DNA from: Planctomycetota bacterium
GTDB lineage: Bacteria; Planctomycetota; GCA-002687715; CAIWVZ01
Assembly (NCBI GenBank): GCA_044222185.1
Contig: JBGANV010000010.1
Location: 128,001 to 192,000, forward strand
Direction: 5' to 3'
DNA length: 64,000 nucleotides
Shown: piece after piece, positions 47,310 through 58,180 of the stretch
How the letters are laid out: each line of letters opens with the position of its first letter
Numbering within the stretch: position 1 is the first letter of the stretch
The notes under the pieces: model-generated
What the model was told of the DNA's origin: nothing
What the model saw: only the letters and a program-made list of their open reading frames with translations
Database searches by the model: none
Program-made: the position numbers and the translations under genes

Positions 47310-48746
47310 TCATTGGATCCGGAATGCCGTCGGTGCGGACAAGCCGAACGTAGGCCCGAGCTGGATCGCCTGGGCGTATATCGTCATGGCCGCGGTACTC
47401 GCGGGGATCACGAACGGCGTCGTATTCGCCGTGCCATTTGCGTCCGAAGCTCCGGTGCGGAGTAGCGTTGCGAACGGCTCTTGGAGTGTCACGAGAAGCA
47501 GCGCGTCGAACGGGCTGATGATCAAGTTGTTGTATCCACCCGTTCCAACGACATATCCGGTGCCACCAGAGAGCGTCGTTCCGAAGAGGACCCCGGCGTA
47601 ACGGTTCGAGCCTCCCGACAAGTTGCGCACGGAGAATGACAGGCTCTGGCCCTGGTTGATGATGCCCGTCGACGCGTTCGGACCGTTGGCATCGACCGTG
47701 ATCGCCGAGCCCGTCGGAAGTGTTGCGGTCGATATCGCCAACGCGTCCATGGCTACCTGGTTGGCGGAGTTTCCGGCCGTCGTGAGCTTGCCGCAGGTGG
47801 TGCACGTACCCTGCACGGCGGCCCAGACGTAGGTATTTCCAGCCGGGTTGGACGCCGGGTGCGTGCACAGGACGTTCTCGTCCGAGTACGCATGGAAGAC
47901 GATGTGCGGCCGGAATCCGCCGTTCCAGACGTGCAGCGGGTCCCAGTTGTTGACGGCCGGCGGCGAACCCGGTTGGAGGTCGAAATCACGAACCTCCGTC
48001 AGCGTGTAGCCCGTGAACACGGCATTCGTGACGACGGAGAGGTCCGATGCCCGGTACACGAGGACGGCCGGGATTGCGCCATAGGGCTGGCGGATTGCGA
48101 AGATGTCCGCGCCGTTCCAGCCGCCCGCGAGAGTGCCGGGACCGCCGGTCAGCGGGTTGATCACGTTCGTCGCCGTGCCCGTGCCGAAGAAGCTCACGAG
48201 CGCCGTTCCGTCGGGCATCTCGGCATAGCCGTCCACGTTCAACGCCTGCCCGGATGCGCCCATGGCCTGCTGTAGTTGGGCCCGCGAGAGCACGGTCGTC
48301 CACGTTCCCTGCCCCGTGAGCCGGATGACGTCGCCACTCGTGATGACGGCCTGGCTGAATTGGTTCAGGAGGTCGTAGGCCAGAGAGATCCGGAAGTCGA
48401 ACGGCGTCGGCGCGAGTTGCGTGTTCGTCCACACGAGGTGCATCGCGTCGATGTTCACCCAGTCGTTCGGCACCAGATCGCCGTCGCGGTCCCCCAGGAT
48501 GGCGCCGAACGCCTCGGCGCTGTACAGCGACTTGATGCCGTTCGACCAGCCCTGCGTGTACGTGAGGATTTCGCCCGTCGTCAGTGCGGGGTTCCCGGGG
48601 CAACCGATGGAGGTCACTCCCGTGTTCTGGAGGGCGTCGAGGGACTGGAAGATCGTCCCGCCTGCGTACTGCGCCGATGCGACTGGATCTACGCAAGCGA
48701 TGGCGAGAATGAGCAGAGCGATGCGAGCAGCGGTGTTGGTTGTCAT
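47310..48746 (-). CDS. Secreted protein with repeated D(I/V)D(A/G)-type motifs and conserved-looking C-terminal domain
   Basis: MTTNTAARIALLILAIACVDPVASAQ signal peptide with GAGG RBS; NIDAM, NVDGY, MDAL repeats; ends IYAQAIQLGPTFGLSAP. Confidence 0.8.
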   Translation of the reverse strand: MTTNTAARIALLILAIACVDPVASAQYAGGTIFQSLDALQNTGVTSIGCPGNPALTTGEILTYTQGWSNGIKSLYSAEAFGAILGDRDGDLVPNDWVNIDAMHLVWTNTQLAPTPFDFRISLAYDLLNQFSQAVITSGDVIRLTGQGTWTTVLSRAQLQQAMGASGQALNVDGYAEMPDGTALVSFFGTGTATNVINPLTGGPGTLAGGWNGADIFAIRQPYGAIPAVLVYRASDLSVVTNAVFTGYTLTEVRDFDLQPGSPPAVNNWDPLHVWNGGFRPHIVFHAYSDENVLCTHPASNPAGNTYVWAAVQGTCTTCGKLTTAGNSANQVAMDALAISTATLPTGSAITVDANGPNASTGIINQGQSLSFSVRNLSGGSNRYAGVLFGTTLSGGTGYVVGTGGYNNLIISPFDALLLVTLQEPFATLLRTGASDANGTANTTPFVIPASTAAMTIYAQAIQLGPTFGLSAPTAFRIQ

Positions 48747-48934
48747 TCGATCACCTCGAGCCCGGGTCCTGGTCAGCCGCTCGGGGGCCGGCGCCGAGGG
48801 AAGGGCAGTCCGGCCGGGCGGGACAGGCGGCGAGCATAACGATCGCGTCGAAGTGGACCAAAGCCGCCTGCGGCCGCGGCAGCGCGCGCTTGTGCCGCAT
48901 TCGTCCGGCGGCGATCCTTGCGCTCCCATGGGAT

Positions 48935-50152
48935 TTGCAGAGATCTCGTGACGCCGCCCGTCGCAAGATCCAGTGCCCCCAGAGCCTTTCGGGAGATTCC
49001 ACCACGAAACGAAAAGTCGCATTCATCACGGATACGACGACTCACGCTGGACCGGATCGCCAGGTCCTGCACCTCGTCCGGCGCATGGACCTGGATCGGT
49101 TCGCCCCGCTGGTGGCCTGTCTCCACGACCCCGGTCCGATCGCGGAGAAGATCCAGCACGCCGGTACGACCGTCATCGGATTGGACCTTCCGTCGGATGC
49201 CGGAGGCCAGGGCCGCGTCGCACGCTTCCTGGCGTTCAACCGGCTGCTGCGACTCCTGCGACGGTTCGCCCCCGACATCGTCGTCGTCGCGGGCGAGGCG
49301 TTTCAGGCCCTGGGACGGGTGGCGGCACGAATCGCCGGAGTTCCCATCATCGTCGGGACGCACCGTCGCCATCGAGGCGGTGCCTGGCGACCCGGATTCC
49401 TGGACCGCCACGGAGCGAAAGCCGTCGACGCGATCGTCGCGCCCACGCGGGCGCTCGCGGACGAGGCGGTGAGGCTCGAAGGTGTCTCGGTCGATCGTGT
49501 CCACGTGATCCCAAACGTGGTCGAGTTCGCCGAGGTGCGGGGCAAGGAGCGAGCCGAGGATCTTCTCGAGCCCAAGTTCCGGGCTGCGGTGCTCACGCGG
49601 CTCGAGGCGGGGCGTGGCATCGACACGATCATCGAGGCGGCCGCGTTCGTCCGCGACCAGGTCCCGGAACTCGAGTGGATCGTCTGCGGCACCGGAGCCG
49701 ACCCGATTCCGTTCCTGCGGGCGGCGCAGCGTCGCGGCGTCGAGGCACAGGTCAAGTTTCCCGGCGAGCGCGACCACATCGGGGAATTCCTCGCGGGGAT
49801 CGACCTCCTGGTCGCGCCCGCGGACTGCGGCGGGCAGAGCGTCGCCGTCCTGGAGGCGTTGGCCGCGGGCGTGCCGGTCCTCGCTGCCAGGAACCCGAGT
49901 CTGGCGGAGACGGTCGACGCCGATGCAATCGCGTACTTCGAACCTGGCGACGCGAAGGGCCTCGCAGCTGAAGCCACGCGGCTGTTCACCGATCATGCGG
50001 CCCGCGCGCGACTTGCGGCGGCGGGACGACGGACATCCGCGAGGTTTCGCCTGGAGGCTTCCGTGATCGCCTGGCACGACCTGTTCGCGGCCCTCGCATC
50101 TGCCGCGCTGGCGCGCGCGGGCCTTGGGAGCGAATCGACGGGGCGCACGTAA
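48935..50152 (+). CDS. GT-B glycosyltransferase, family 4
   Basis: KVAFIT...GPDRQVLHL...LD..RF, AARIAGVP, VHVIPN, FPGERD, VLEALAAGVPVLA; start uncertain. Confidence 0.85.
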   Translation: MQRSRDAARRKIQCPQSLSGDSTTKRKVAFITDTTTHAGPDRQVLHLVRRMDLDRFAPLVACLHDPGPIAEKIQHAGTTVIGLDLPSDAGGQGRVARFLAFNRLLRLLRRFAPDIVVVAGEAFQALGRVAARIAGVPIIVGTHRRHRGGAWRPGFLDRHGAKAVDAIVAPTRALADEAVRLEGVSVDRVHVIPNVVEFAEVRGKERAEDLLEPKFRAAVLTRLEAGRGIDTIIEAAAFVRDQVPELEWIVCGTGADPIPFLRAAQRRGVEAQVKFPGERDHIGEFLAGIDLLVAPADCGGQSVAVLEALAAGVPVLAARNPSLAETVDADAIAYFEPGDAKGLAAEATRLFTDHAARARLAAAGRRTSARFRLEASVIAWHDLFAALASAALARAGLGSESTGRT

Positions 50153-50155
50153 CGG

Positions 50156-51376
50156 ATGGCTGCGAGGATTCAGCCCATGACCAAACCCACGATGAGTGCG
50201 CTGGTGCTCTCCGCGTTCTTCGCTTTGGCCTTCGCGTCGGTGGCCCAGGACACCACGGCCCCGACGCCCACCGCCCAACGACCGGTTCTCGGCGTCGAAA
50301 TCGTGTCGGGCGAGGGCGACGGAGTGGTCGTCGAAGTGGTCCGCCCGGGAACGCCCGCGGAAAAGGCGGGCGTGAAGTCCGGTGACCACATCGTGAAGTT
50401 CGGTGACGTGGCCGTCGACTCGGACGACGCACTCATCACGGCGTTGACGCACACCAAGCCCGGCGCCACCGTCAAGCTCGGCATCGAGCGGGACGGCAAG
50501 CCGCTCACGCTCGGGGTGACGTTCCCCGGAGGCGACTCGGCTGCGCTGGGTGGCACGAAGATCGGCGAAGCTCGCACGGCGAAGACCCCCGAGCATTCAT
50601 TTACCTGGGTCACCCCGGAAGACGGCGCGACGGGCGCCAAGCCGGCCGAGCGCACGTTCAAGTTGCTGACCCCGAGCGACGGCCCGGCCGTCGTCGTGAA
50701 GTCCGACGACGAGAGTCTGCGCAAGGCCGTGGACTCGCTCGAGAAGGCGCTCGCGATCCTGGACGGAAAGGGTGGCCCTGCGCAGGTCGCGAAGGCGCGC
50801 GAGGTCGTCTCGCAAGCGCTCGACTCGGTCCGCGCGGCGCGCAAGGCTATGACCACGTTCGGGCCTGGCCAGGTCGTGCACGTCTCACCGTCGGGCCCGG
50901 CCGCCCCTCCGGTGCCCGCCACGCCGCCGTCACGTCACGGCGACGTCCGCGTCCACGACGATGACGACGACGATGGCGATACGGAAGTGGATCCGTCGAA
51001 GGTCGACGCGAAGGTCAGAAGCCTGATCGAGCACGGCAAGTCCGCGGCCGACGTGGAGGCAGAACTCCGCAAGATGTTCCCGGGTGCGAAGGTCAAGGTG
51101 GCGGTCGACGGGTCGAGCGACCACGCGGAGGCGCACGATTCGCACTCCTCGTCGGATTCGTCGTCGTCGAGCTCGCACGAGGAGTCCTCGTCCAAGTCGC
51201 CCAAGCCCCGCAAGGCCAAGCTCAAGATCGCGACGCCCGCGCCGCCTGCGGCCGATCCAGCCACGCCGGTCGCGCCGGATGCGCCGCCGACCCCGGCTCC
51301 CTCCGCGCCGAAGCCCGCGAAGGCCGCGACGACCATCGAGAAGGTCATGAAGCCGAGCGAGAAAGAGGACGGCTGA
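50156..51376 (+). CDS. Secreted PDZ-domain protein with low-complexity Ser/Asp/Pro regions
   Basis: Signal peptide; LGVEI...VVVEVVRPGTPAEKAGVKSGDHI...PGATVKLGIERDG. Confidence 0.85.
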   Translation: MAARIQPMTKPTMSALVLSAFFALAFASVAQDTTAPTPTAQRPVLGVEIVSGEGDGVVVEVVRPGTPAEKAGVKSGDHIVKFGDVAVDSDDALITALTHTKPGATVKLGIERDGKPLTLGVTFPGGDSAALGGTKIGEARTAKTPEHSFTWVTPEDGATGAKPAERTFKLLTPSDGPAVVVKSDDESLRKAVDSLEKALAILDGKGGPAQVAKAREVVSQALDSVRAARKAMTTFGPGQVVHVSPSGPAAPPVPATPPSRHGDVRVHDDDDDDGDTEVDPSKVDAKVRSLIEHGKSAADVEAELRKMFPGAKVKVAVDGSSDHAEAHDSHSSSDSSSSSSHEESSSKSPKPRKAKLKIATPAPPAADPATPVAPDAPPTPAPSAPKPAKAATTIEKVMKPSEKEDG

Positions 51377-51421
51377 CACGCCGCTCGGGCGCGCATCCAA
51401 CTGATAGGATCGCGCGCCCCA

Positions 51422-54400
51422 ATGAAACCCGCGCGCGATGGAAGTCGATCGACCTGGCGGCTCCGGGTCGACACGGGCGGCACCTTCACCGACTGCCTCG
51501 CGGTGGCGCCCGACGGAACGGTGCGCCGCGCCAAGGTGCTCAGCAGTGCCACTCTTCGAGCCTCCGTCACCCGCGTCGACGGCTGTGACCTCGACGTCGC
51601 CGTCGATCCTGAATTGCCGGACGGCTTCTTCGTCGGCGCCCGCATTCGCGCGCTGGGCACTCCCGCCGGGGACGTTCCGGCCCCGCGCGTAATCGCCTAT
51701 GACGCGGCGCGCCGGCGGCTTCGGCTCGATCGCACGCTCGGCGTCTCGTCGACCGATGCCATCGTCGAGATCGCCTCGGACGAGGAGGCCCCCGTCCTCG
51801 CGGCCCGTGTGGTCACCAGGACGCCGATGGGCGACCCACTGCCGCGCCTCGAGATGCGGCTCGCGACGACGCGCGGAACGAACGCGTTGCTCGAACACCG
51901 CGTCGCGAAGACGGTCCTCTTCGTCACGCGCGGGTTTCGCGACCTCTTGCGCATCGGTACGCAGCAGCGCCCCGACCTGTTCGTGCTCGACATCAGGCGA
52001 CCGGAGCCGCTGACCGAGTCCATCGCCGAGGTCGACGAGCGGGTGGATGCCGCAGGGACGATCCTGCAGCCGTTGGATGTGGCGACGATCGATCCCGCCG
52101 CACGCGCCGCACTCGCGCGCGGCGTCCGGGTCGCCGCGGTTGCTCTGCTCCACGCCTGGATCAACCCCGAGCACGAGCGCCGGCTCGCAGAACGTCTGCG
52201 CGGGCTCGGATTCACGCACGTGTCCGTCTCGCACGAGCTCGCGCCATTCATCCAGTTGCTGCCGCGGGCACAGACGACGGTGGTCGACGCCTGCCTGAAT
52301 CCGATCGTGCGCGACTACCTGGAGAGCATCCGGTTCTCGCTTGGCGACTCGAACCTCCTCGTCATGACGAGCGCGGGCGGCCTCGTGAGCGCGGGCGCGT
52401 TTGCGCCAAAGGACAGCCTCCTGTCGGGGCCGGCCGGCGGGGTCGTCGGTGCGCGAGCGGCGGGGCGAGCGGCCGGGTTCGAGCGGATCATCGGATTCGA
52501 CATGGGCGGCACGAGTACGGACGTCGCGCGCATCGACGGCGACTTCGAGTATCAATTCGAGCATTCCGTTGCGGGGATCACGCTCGTCGCGCCAGCGCTC
52601 GCCATCGAGAGCGTGGCGGCGGGCGGTGGTTCCATTTGCGACGTGCAAGAGGGGCGCCTCGTCGTCGGACCTCGAAGCGCGGGCGCATCACCCGGCCCGG
52701 CCTGCTATGGCGCTGGCGGCCCGTTGACAGTCACCGACGTCAACCTGCTGCTCGGACGACTGGACCCCGCGAGCTTCTCCGTGCCCGTCGATCGGATCGC
52801 CGCCGAGGAGGCGGCTCGTGGCGCCGCGGGGCGATTCGCCAGTGAATTCGGCCGACCGACCGAGGCGGACGTCCTTCTCGAGGGGTTCCTGGAAATCGCG
52901 AACGAGCGGATGGCCGAAGCGATCCGCGACGTTTCACTCCGGCGGGGATACGACCCACGAGGCTACGCTCTGCTCGCGTTCGGAGGAGCGGGCGGCCAGC
53001 ATGCCTGCGCCGTGGCGGAGCGACTCGGGATCGCGACCGTGGTCGTGCCGCCGGATGCGGGGCTCCTCAGCGCCCGAGGCCTGGGTCAGGCCGCCATCGA
53101 GAGATTCGCCGAACGCCAGGTGCTGCGGCGCCTCGACGAACTGGGCGATGCGCTCACGGGCCTGCTCGATTCGCTCGCAAGCGAAGCTCTCACGGCACTG
53201 GGGAACGAGACCGTGCGCGGCCCCTTGCCGACGATCCGGCGTCGAGTCGCCGAGTTGCGATTCGCGGGCCAGGACTCCGTCGTCGCCGTCGAGATGGGCG
53301 AACCCGCGCGACTGCGCGCCGAGTTCGAGGAGCGCCATCAGACACTCTTCGGCCACTGCCCCCGTGATCGCGCCGTGGAACTGGTGTCGCTCCGCGTCGT
53401 GGCTTCCGCCGAGCCGAGCGACGAGGTCGGAGACGCGGCTTCGGTGACCGGCGGTGTGCGCGCCGGAAAAACGGTCCGTCTGCGCGCCCGCGGTGCGTGG
53501 GTGGATGCGTCCGTGCATGCGCGTGATGCTCTGCGCGCTGGCGACGTCGTCGCCGGTCCGGCCGTCGTGAGCGAGGCCCACGGTGCGACCGTCGTCGAGC
53601 CTGGGTGGCGACTACGCGTGGTCGCGTCCGGCGCGCTCGTCGTCGAGGCCGTCGGCGCGACCGTGAGACTCGACCCGGCGATCAGGGATCAGGCCATCGA
53701 GCGCGAGCTCTTCACGAGCCGGTTTCGCGCCATCGCCCTCGAGATGGGGGAGACGCTGCGCCGCACGGCGGTGTCGACGAACATCAAGGAGCGGCTGGAC
53801 TTCTCCTGCGCGGTTCTCGATCCGGCCGGCAGGCTCGTCGTCAACGCGCCGCACATCCCCGTGCACCTGGGTGCGCTCGGCCTCTGCGTGCGCGAGTTGA
53901 TGCGGACGCGTCCGATCGAGCCGGGTGACGTGTGGGTGACCAACCACCCTGGTTTCGGTGGATCCCATCTGCCCGACGTGACCGTCATCACTCCCGTGCA
54001 TTCCGGCGACGGGAATCTCGCAGGCTTCGTCGCCAGCCGGGCGCACCACGCCGAGATCGGCGGTGCGACCCCGGGCTCCATGCCTCCCGAGGCTCGCCGG
54101 CTCGTGGACGAAGCCGTCGTCCTGGCGCCCGTCCGGATCGTCCGTGCCGGTCGGTGGTGCGGTGACGACGTTCGTGCACTGCTCTCGGCCGCGCCCCACC
54201 CTTCGCGGTGTGTGGACGACAACATGGCGGACCTGGACGCGGCCGTGGCTGCGAATCGTCGCGGTGCCGCGCAGCTCATCGGCCTCGTCGAAGCGCACGG
54301 GCTGTCTCGGGTCCACGGGCAGATGGCAGCGCTTGCGGACTACGCGGCCGATCGCGTGCGTGCCGCGCTGCGACGCCGCGGCCCGGGTCGATTCGAAGCC

Positions 54401-55252
54401 CTCGAACGGCTCGACGACGGCTGGGTGATTCGTGTGGCGATCACCATCGGCGACGGTGACGCGACGGTCGACTTCACGGGAACGTCGCCCGTGCATCCCG
54501 GCAACCTCAACGCCACGCCCGCGATCGTCCAGAGCTGCGTGGTCTACGTCGTCCGTCTGCTCGTTGCCGAGCCGCTTCCGCTGAATGAAGGGCTGCTGAG
54601 GCCGATCACGATCGTCCTGCCGGAGTGCTTCTTGAACCCGGCGTTCCCGACGGATCCTGCGTCGGCCCCGGCCGTCGTCGGAGGCAACACGGAGACGAGC
54701 CAGAGGGTCGTCGATGCGCTGCTCTCAGCCCTCGGACTTTGCGCCGGGAGCCAGGGGACGATGAACAACGTGACGTTCGGCACGGCGTCCCGCAGCTATT
54801 ACGAGACGGTGTGCGGGGGTGCCGGCGCCGGCCCCGGGTTCGCGGGTGAGAGCGGGGTCCACACGCACATGACGAACACTCGCATCACGGATCCCGAGAC
54901 TCTCGAGCACCGGTATCCGGTGCGGATCGACGAATTCTCGCTGCGCCGGGGCTCCGGGGGGCGCGGAACGTGGCGCGGTGGCGACGGTGTGCGCCGCGCG
55001 TATCGGTTCCTCGACCGGATGATGCTCTCGATCGTCAGCCAGCACCGGACGGCCGGTCCGAGCGGGCTCGAGGGAGGGGAGGCCGGTGCACCGGGCCGGC
55101 AGTGTGTCATCCGCGTCGACGGCAGATCCTTCGACCTTCCGGCCATCGGCGGGTGTGAAGTCGGGCCCGGTGACCGCCTGGTCCTCGAGACGCCGGGCGG
55201 CGGCGGATTCGGAACCCCTGCGTCGTCGACTTCGTTTTTGGCCGCGCGCTGA
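51422..55252 (+). CDS. oplA: ATP-dependent 5-oxoprolinase (fused hydantoinase A/B)
   Basis: VDTGGTFTD, TTRGTNALLE, LSGPAGG, FDMGGTSTDV, AAGGGS, NIKERLDFSCA, HIPVHLG, SHLPD, QGTMNN, ETPGGGG. Confidence 0.93.
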   Translation: MKPARDGSRSTWRLRVDTGGTFTDCLAVAPDGTVRRAKVLSSATLRASVTRVDGCDLDVAVDPELPDGFFVGARIRALGTPAGDVPAPRVIAYDAARRRLRLDRTLGVSSTDAIVEIASDEEAPVLAARVVTRTPMGDPLPRLEMRLATTRGTNALLEHRVAKTVLFVTRGFRDLLRIGTQQRPDLFVLDIRRPEPLTESIAEVDERVDAAGTILQPLDVATIDPAARAALARGVRVAAVALLHAWINPEHERRLAERLRGLGFTHVSVSHELAPFIQLLPRAQTTVVDACLNPIVRDYLESIRFSLGDSNLLVMTSAGGLVSAGAFAPKDSLLSGPAGGVVGARAAGRAAGFERIIGFDMGGTSTDVARIDGDFEYQFEHSVAGITLVAPALAIESVAAGGGSICDVQEGRLVVGPRSAGASPGPACYGAGGPLTVTDVNLLLGRLDPASFSVPVDRIAAEEAARGAAGRFASEFGRPTEADVLLEGFLEIANERMAEAIRDVSLRRGYDPRGYALLAFGGAGGQHACAVAERLGIATVVVPPDAGLLSARGLGQAAIERFAERQVLRRLDELGDALTGLLDSLASEALTALGNETVRGPLPTIRRRVAELRFAGQDSVVAVEMGEPARLRAEFEERHQTLFGHCPRDRAVELVSLRVVASAEPSDEVGDAASVTGGVRAGKTVRLRARGAWVDASVHARDALRAGDVVAGPAVVSEAHGATVVEPGWRLRVVASGALVVEAVGATVRLDPAIRDQAIERELFTSRFRAIALEMGETLRRTAVSTNIKERLDFSCAVLDPAGRLVVNAPHIPVHLGALGLCVRELMRTRPIEPGDVWVTNHPGFGGSHLPDVTVITPVHSGDGNLAGFVASRAHHAEIGGATPGSMPPEARRLVDEAVVLAPVRIVRAGRWCGDDVRALLSAAPHPSRCVDDNMADLDAAVAANRRGAAQLIGLVEAHGLSRVHGQMAALADYAADRVRAALRRRGPGRFEALERLDDGWVIRVAITIGDGDATVDFTGTSPVHPGNLNATPAIVQSCVVYVVRLLVAEPLPLNEGLLRPITIVLPECFLNPAFPTDPASAPAVVGGNTETSQRVVDALLSALGLCAGSQGTMNNVTFGTASRSYYETVCGGAGAGPGFAGESGVHTHMTNTRITDPETLEHRYPVRIDEFSLRRGSGGRGTWRGGDGVRRAYRFLDRMMLSIVSQHRTAGPSGLEGGEAGAPGRQCVIRVDGRSFDLPAIGGCEVGPGDRLVLETPGGGGFGTPASSTSFLAAR

Positions 55253-55409
55253 CACCTTCGCCGCGTTTCCGGCCGGTGGGGCTCACCCTGGGCGGGCGAA
55301 GGGGATAAGCTCCCGCCGGCAGGGCGACCCGTCCCCAATCGGGTGCCCTCCGACGAAGTAGGTGAGACGCGACGCCCAAGCCCGGTGGCGTCGGGAGTTT
55401 GCCGTGCCC

Positions 55410-58097
55410 ATGTCCAAGTCCGACCGCCTGATCCTCCTGTTCTCCGAAGTCGACCGTCACGACGCCGCCATCGTCGGTGGAAAAGGCGCCTCCCTCGGCG
55501 AGATGTACCGCCAGCTCGTCCCGAAGGGCGTCCGCATCCCCAACGGGTTCGTGACCACGGCCCGCGCCTTTCGCGAGTTCGTGAACGGGACGGTGCCCTC
55601 GGGAGCATGGACCGAGATCCGCGACCTGGAAGCCGTTCCCGGATTGCGCTCCCGGGCCGCCCGGGCCGAGACGCTCGCCGAAGCGTTGCGCGTCTGCTTC
55701 AAGGACGCCTCCGGCGACGACCAGGTCGAGATGCACGCGCGCACGGCCCTCGCACGGACGTTCGTGATGACGGCGCCGATCCCCGCCGAGATTCGCGAGT
55801 CGATCGAGGATGCCTACGGCGCGTTGTGCACCGAGTATCAGAAGCGCGACATCGACGTCGCCGTGCGATCGTCCGCCACCTGCGAGGATTCGGAGGACGC
55901 GTCATTCGCCGGGCAGTGCGAGTCCTACCTGAACATCCATGGCGCCGACCAGGTCACGGCGCATTGGAAGAAGTGCGTCGCGAGCCTCTTCACGGAACGC
56001 GCCGTCGGGTACCAGTTGAAGAAGGGGCTGGATCCGTTGGGCTCGGCCCTCTCCGTCGTCGTCATGAAGATGGTGCGTTCGGACCTCGCGACGTCCGGCG
56101 TGATGTTCACGCTCGATCCGGATTCGGGACACCGCGGCGTGATCCACTTGAGCTCGTCCTACGGGCTCGGGGAACTCGTCGTACAGGGCAGCGTCTCGCC
56201 CGACACGTTCGTCATCTGGAAGCACGGGCTCCGCCACGGCAAGTCGTCCGTCGTCCATCGCACGATCGGTGCGAAGGACCGGAAGATGGTCTACTCCATG
56301 CAGGGTGGAACCACGACGGAGAGCGTCAACGTGCAGGCGAGCCGGCGGCGCACGCTCTCCCTCACTCGCGACGAGGTGCTCGACCTGGGCCGCATGGCCC
56401 TGGCCATCGAGGAACACTACGGCCAGCCCATGGACATCGAATGGGCCAAGGATGGCCGGACGGGCGACCTCTTCATCGTCCAGGCTCGCCCCGAGACGGT
56501 TCACGTCAAGCGTCGGCAGAACAGCCTCGAGCGATACGTCATCGACCAACCGATGGCGGCCGCGCTGAAGGTCCAGAAGAAGGTGTTGTGCACGGGTCAG
56601 GCCGTCGGAACCCGCGTCGGCAGCGGGCGCGTGCGCCTCTACCGCTCGTACGAAGAGGTCATCCTCAAGAAGCGCGCGCTCCGCAACATGCTCGCCGAAG
56701 GTCGCAGCCTGGAGGACATCGAGCCTGAACAACGCGTGTTCGACCCGGGCGACGTGCTCGTCACCGAGATGACGACGCCGGACTGGGAGCCCATGATGAA
56801 GGAGGCATCCCTCATCGTGACGGAGAAGGGCGGACGGACGTCCCACGCGGCGATCATCGCCCGCGAGTTCGGCATCCCCGCGATCGTCGCCTGCGAAGGC
56901 GCGACGAAGGTGCTGAAGCCCCTCAGCGAAGTGACGGGCTCGTGCGCCGAGGGCGACATGGCGTTCGTCTACCCGGGCATCATCCCGCACAAGGTCGAGA
57001 CGGTGGAATTCGACGACTCCGCCGCGTTGAAGACGAAGGTCAAATTGAACGTCGGGTTCCCGTCGAAGGCGCTCATCGACGCCATGCTGCCGTCGGATGG
57101 CGTGGGCCTCGCGCGCATCGAATTCATCCTCACGTCCGAGGTCGGCATCCACCCGCTCGCGCTCCTCTACCGAGACGAGCTCCGCGACTTCGCCGAGACG
57201 GGGAACGTGGCGCAAGAGCTGCTGCCGTTCGCCGACCGGATCCGCAAGGAGCCGCATGAGGAGCTGATCGGCCTCATCGGCGCCATCGACCGTCGCACGG
57301 GCGGCTACGCGGACAAACGCCACTTCTTCGTCGACGGCCTGAAGTACGGCGTGGGCCTGATCTGCGCCGCCTTCCACCCGCGTCCCGTTCTCGTGCGACT
57401 CTCGGACCTGAAGTCGAACGAATATCGCGAGCTGCTCGGCGGCCGACTCTTCGAGCCGCACGAGGAAAACCCCATGATCGCCTGGCGCGGCGCCTCGCGT
57501 TACGTCGATCCGCGGTTCCTGCCCGCCTTCGAGATGGAGTGCGACGCGCTGCGCGCCGTGCGGCGCGAGATGGGCCTCGACAACCTGCAGATCATGGTGC
57601 CGTTCTGCCGGACGCCCGAGGAAGGCAAGGCCGTGCGCCAGCTCCTCGACGATCGCGGGCTCGCCGCGGAGACGGGCGTGCCGCTCTACCTCATGGTCGA
57701 GCTGCCGTCGAACGTCATCGAGGCCGACCGCTTCATCGACGAGATGCATCTGAACGGCGGATCCATCGGATCGAACGACCTCGTCCAGACCGTCTACGCC
57801 GTGTCACGCGACGACCTCGAGCATTACTCGCACCCGGTCGATGCGCGTTCATCGGCCGTGAAGTCGATGATCCGGATGGCGGTGAAGGCGTTCAAAGACA
57901 AGGGACTCGAGATCGGCATCTGCGGACAGGCGCCCTCCGACTTCCCCGACGAGGTTCCGGCGTTCCTCGTGGATTGCGGGATCACGTCCATGTCGGTGAC
58001 GCCCGACACGGTGATTCGCGTGCGCGCCGCCGTGGCGAAGGCCGAGGCTCTGCTCGGGCGCAAGACCGAACAGCCGGCTGCGACCCGGGCGCGCTGA
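55410..58097 (+). CDS. ppsA: Phosphoenolpyruvate synthase (pyruvate, water dikinase)
   Basis: VGGKGASLGEM, VAVRSSAT.ED, DIEWAKDG, QARPETV, GGRTSHAAI (phospho-His), EENPM, SIGSNDL, ICGQAPSD. Confidence 0.96.
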   Translation: MSKSDRLILLFSEVDRHDAAIVGGKGASLGEMYRQLVPKGVRIPNGFVTTARAFREFVNGTVPSGAWTEIRDLEAVPGLRSRAARAETLAEALRVCFKDASGDDQVEMHARTALARTFVMTAPIPAEIRESIEDAYGALCTEYQKRDIDVAVRSSATCEDSEDASFAGQCESYLNIHGADQVTAHWKKCVASLFTERAVGYQLKKGLDPLGSALSVVVMKMVRSDLATSGVMFTLDPDSGHRGVIHLSSSYGLGELVVQGSVSPDTFVIWKHGLRHGKSSVVHRTIGAKDRKMVYSMQGGTTTESVNVQASRRRTLSLTRDEVLDLGRMALAIEEHYGQPMDIEWAKDGRTGDLFIVQARPETVHVKRRQNSLERYVIDQPMAAALKVQKKVLCTGQAVGTRVGSGRVRLYRSYEEVILKKRALRNMLAEGRSLEDIEPEQRVFDPGDVLVTEMTTPDWEPMMKEASLIVTEKGGRTSHAAIIAREFGIPAIVACEGATKVLKPLSEVTGSCAEGDMAFVYPGIIPHKVETVEFDDSAALKTKVKLNVGFPSKALIDAMLPSDGVGLARIEFILTSEVGIHPLALLYRDELRDFAETGNVAQELLPFADRIRKEPHEELIGLIGAIDRRTGGYADKRHFFVDGLKYGVGLICAAFHPRPVLVRLSDLKSNEYRELLGGRLFEPHEENPMIAWRGASRYVDPRFLPAFEMECDALRAVRREMGLDNLQIMVPFCRTPEEGKAVRQLLDDRGLAAETGVPLYLMVELPSNVIEADRFIDEMHLNGGSIGSNDLVQTVYAVSRDDLEHYSHPVDARSSAVKSMIRMAVKAFKDKGLEIGICGQAPSDFPDEVPAFLVDCGITSMSVTPDTVIRVRAAVAKAEALLGRKTEQPAATRAR

Positions 58098-58180
58098 CCG
58101 CGCGGGCGTCGATTGGTGGCCGGTGCGCGATCACGGGGGCGCGGCTGATCATCGAAAGGTCCGTGGCGTTGCGACGCACG

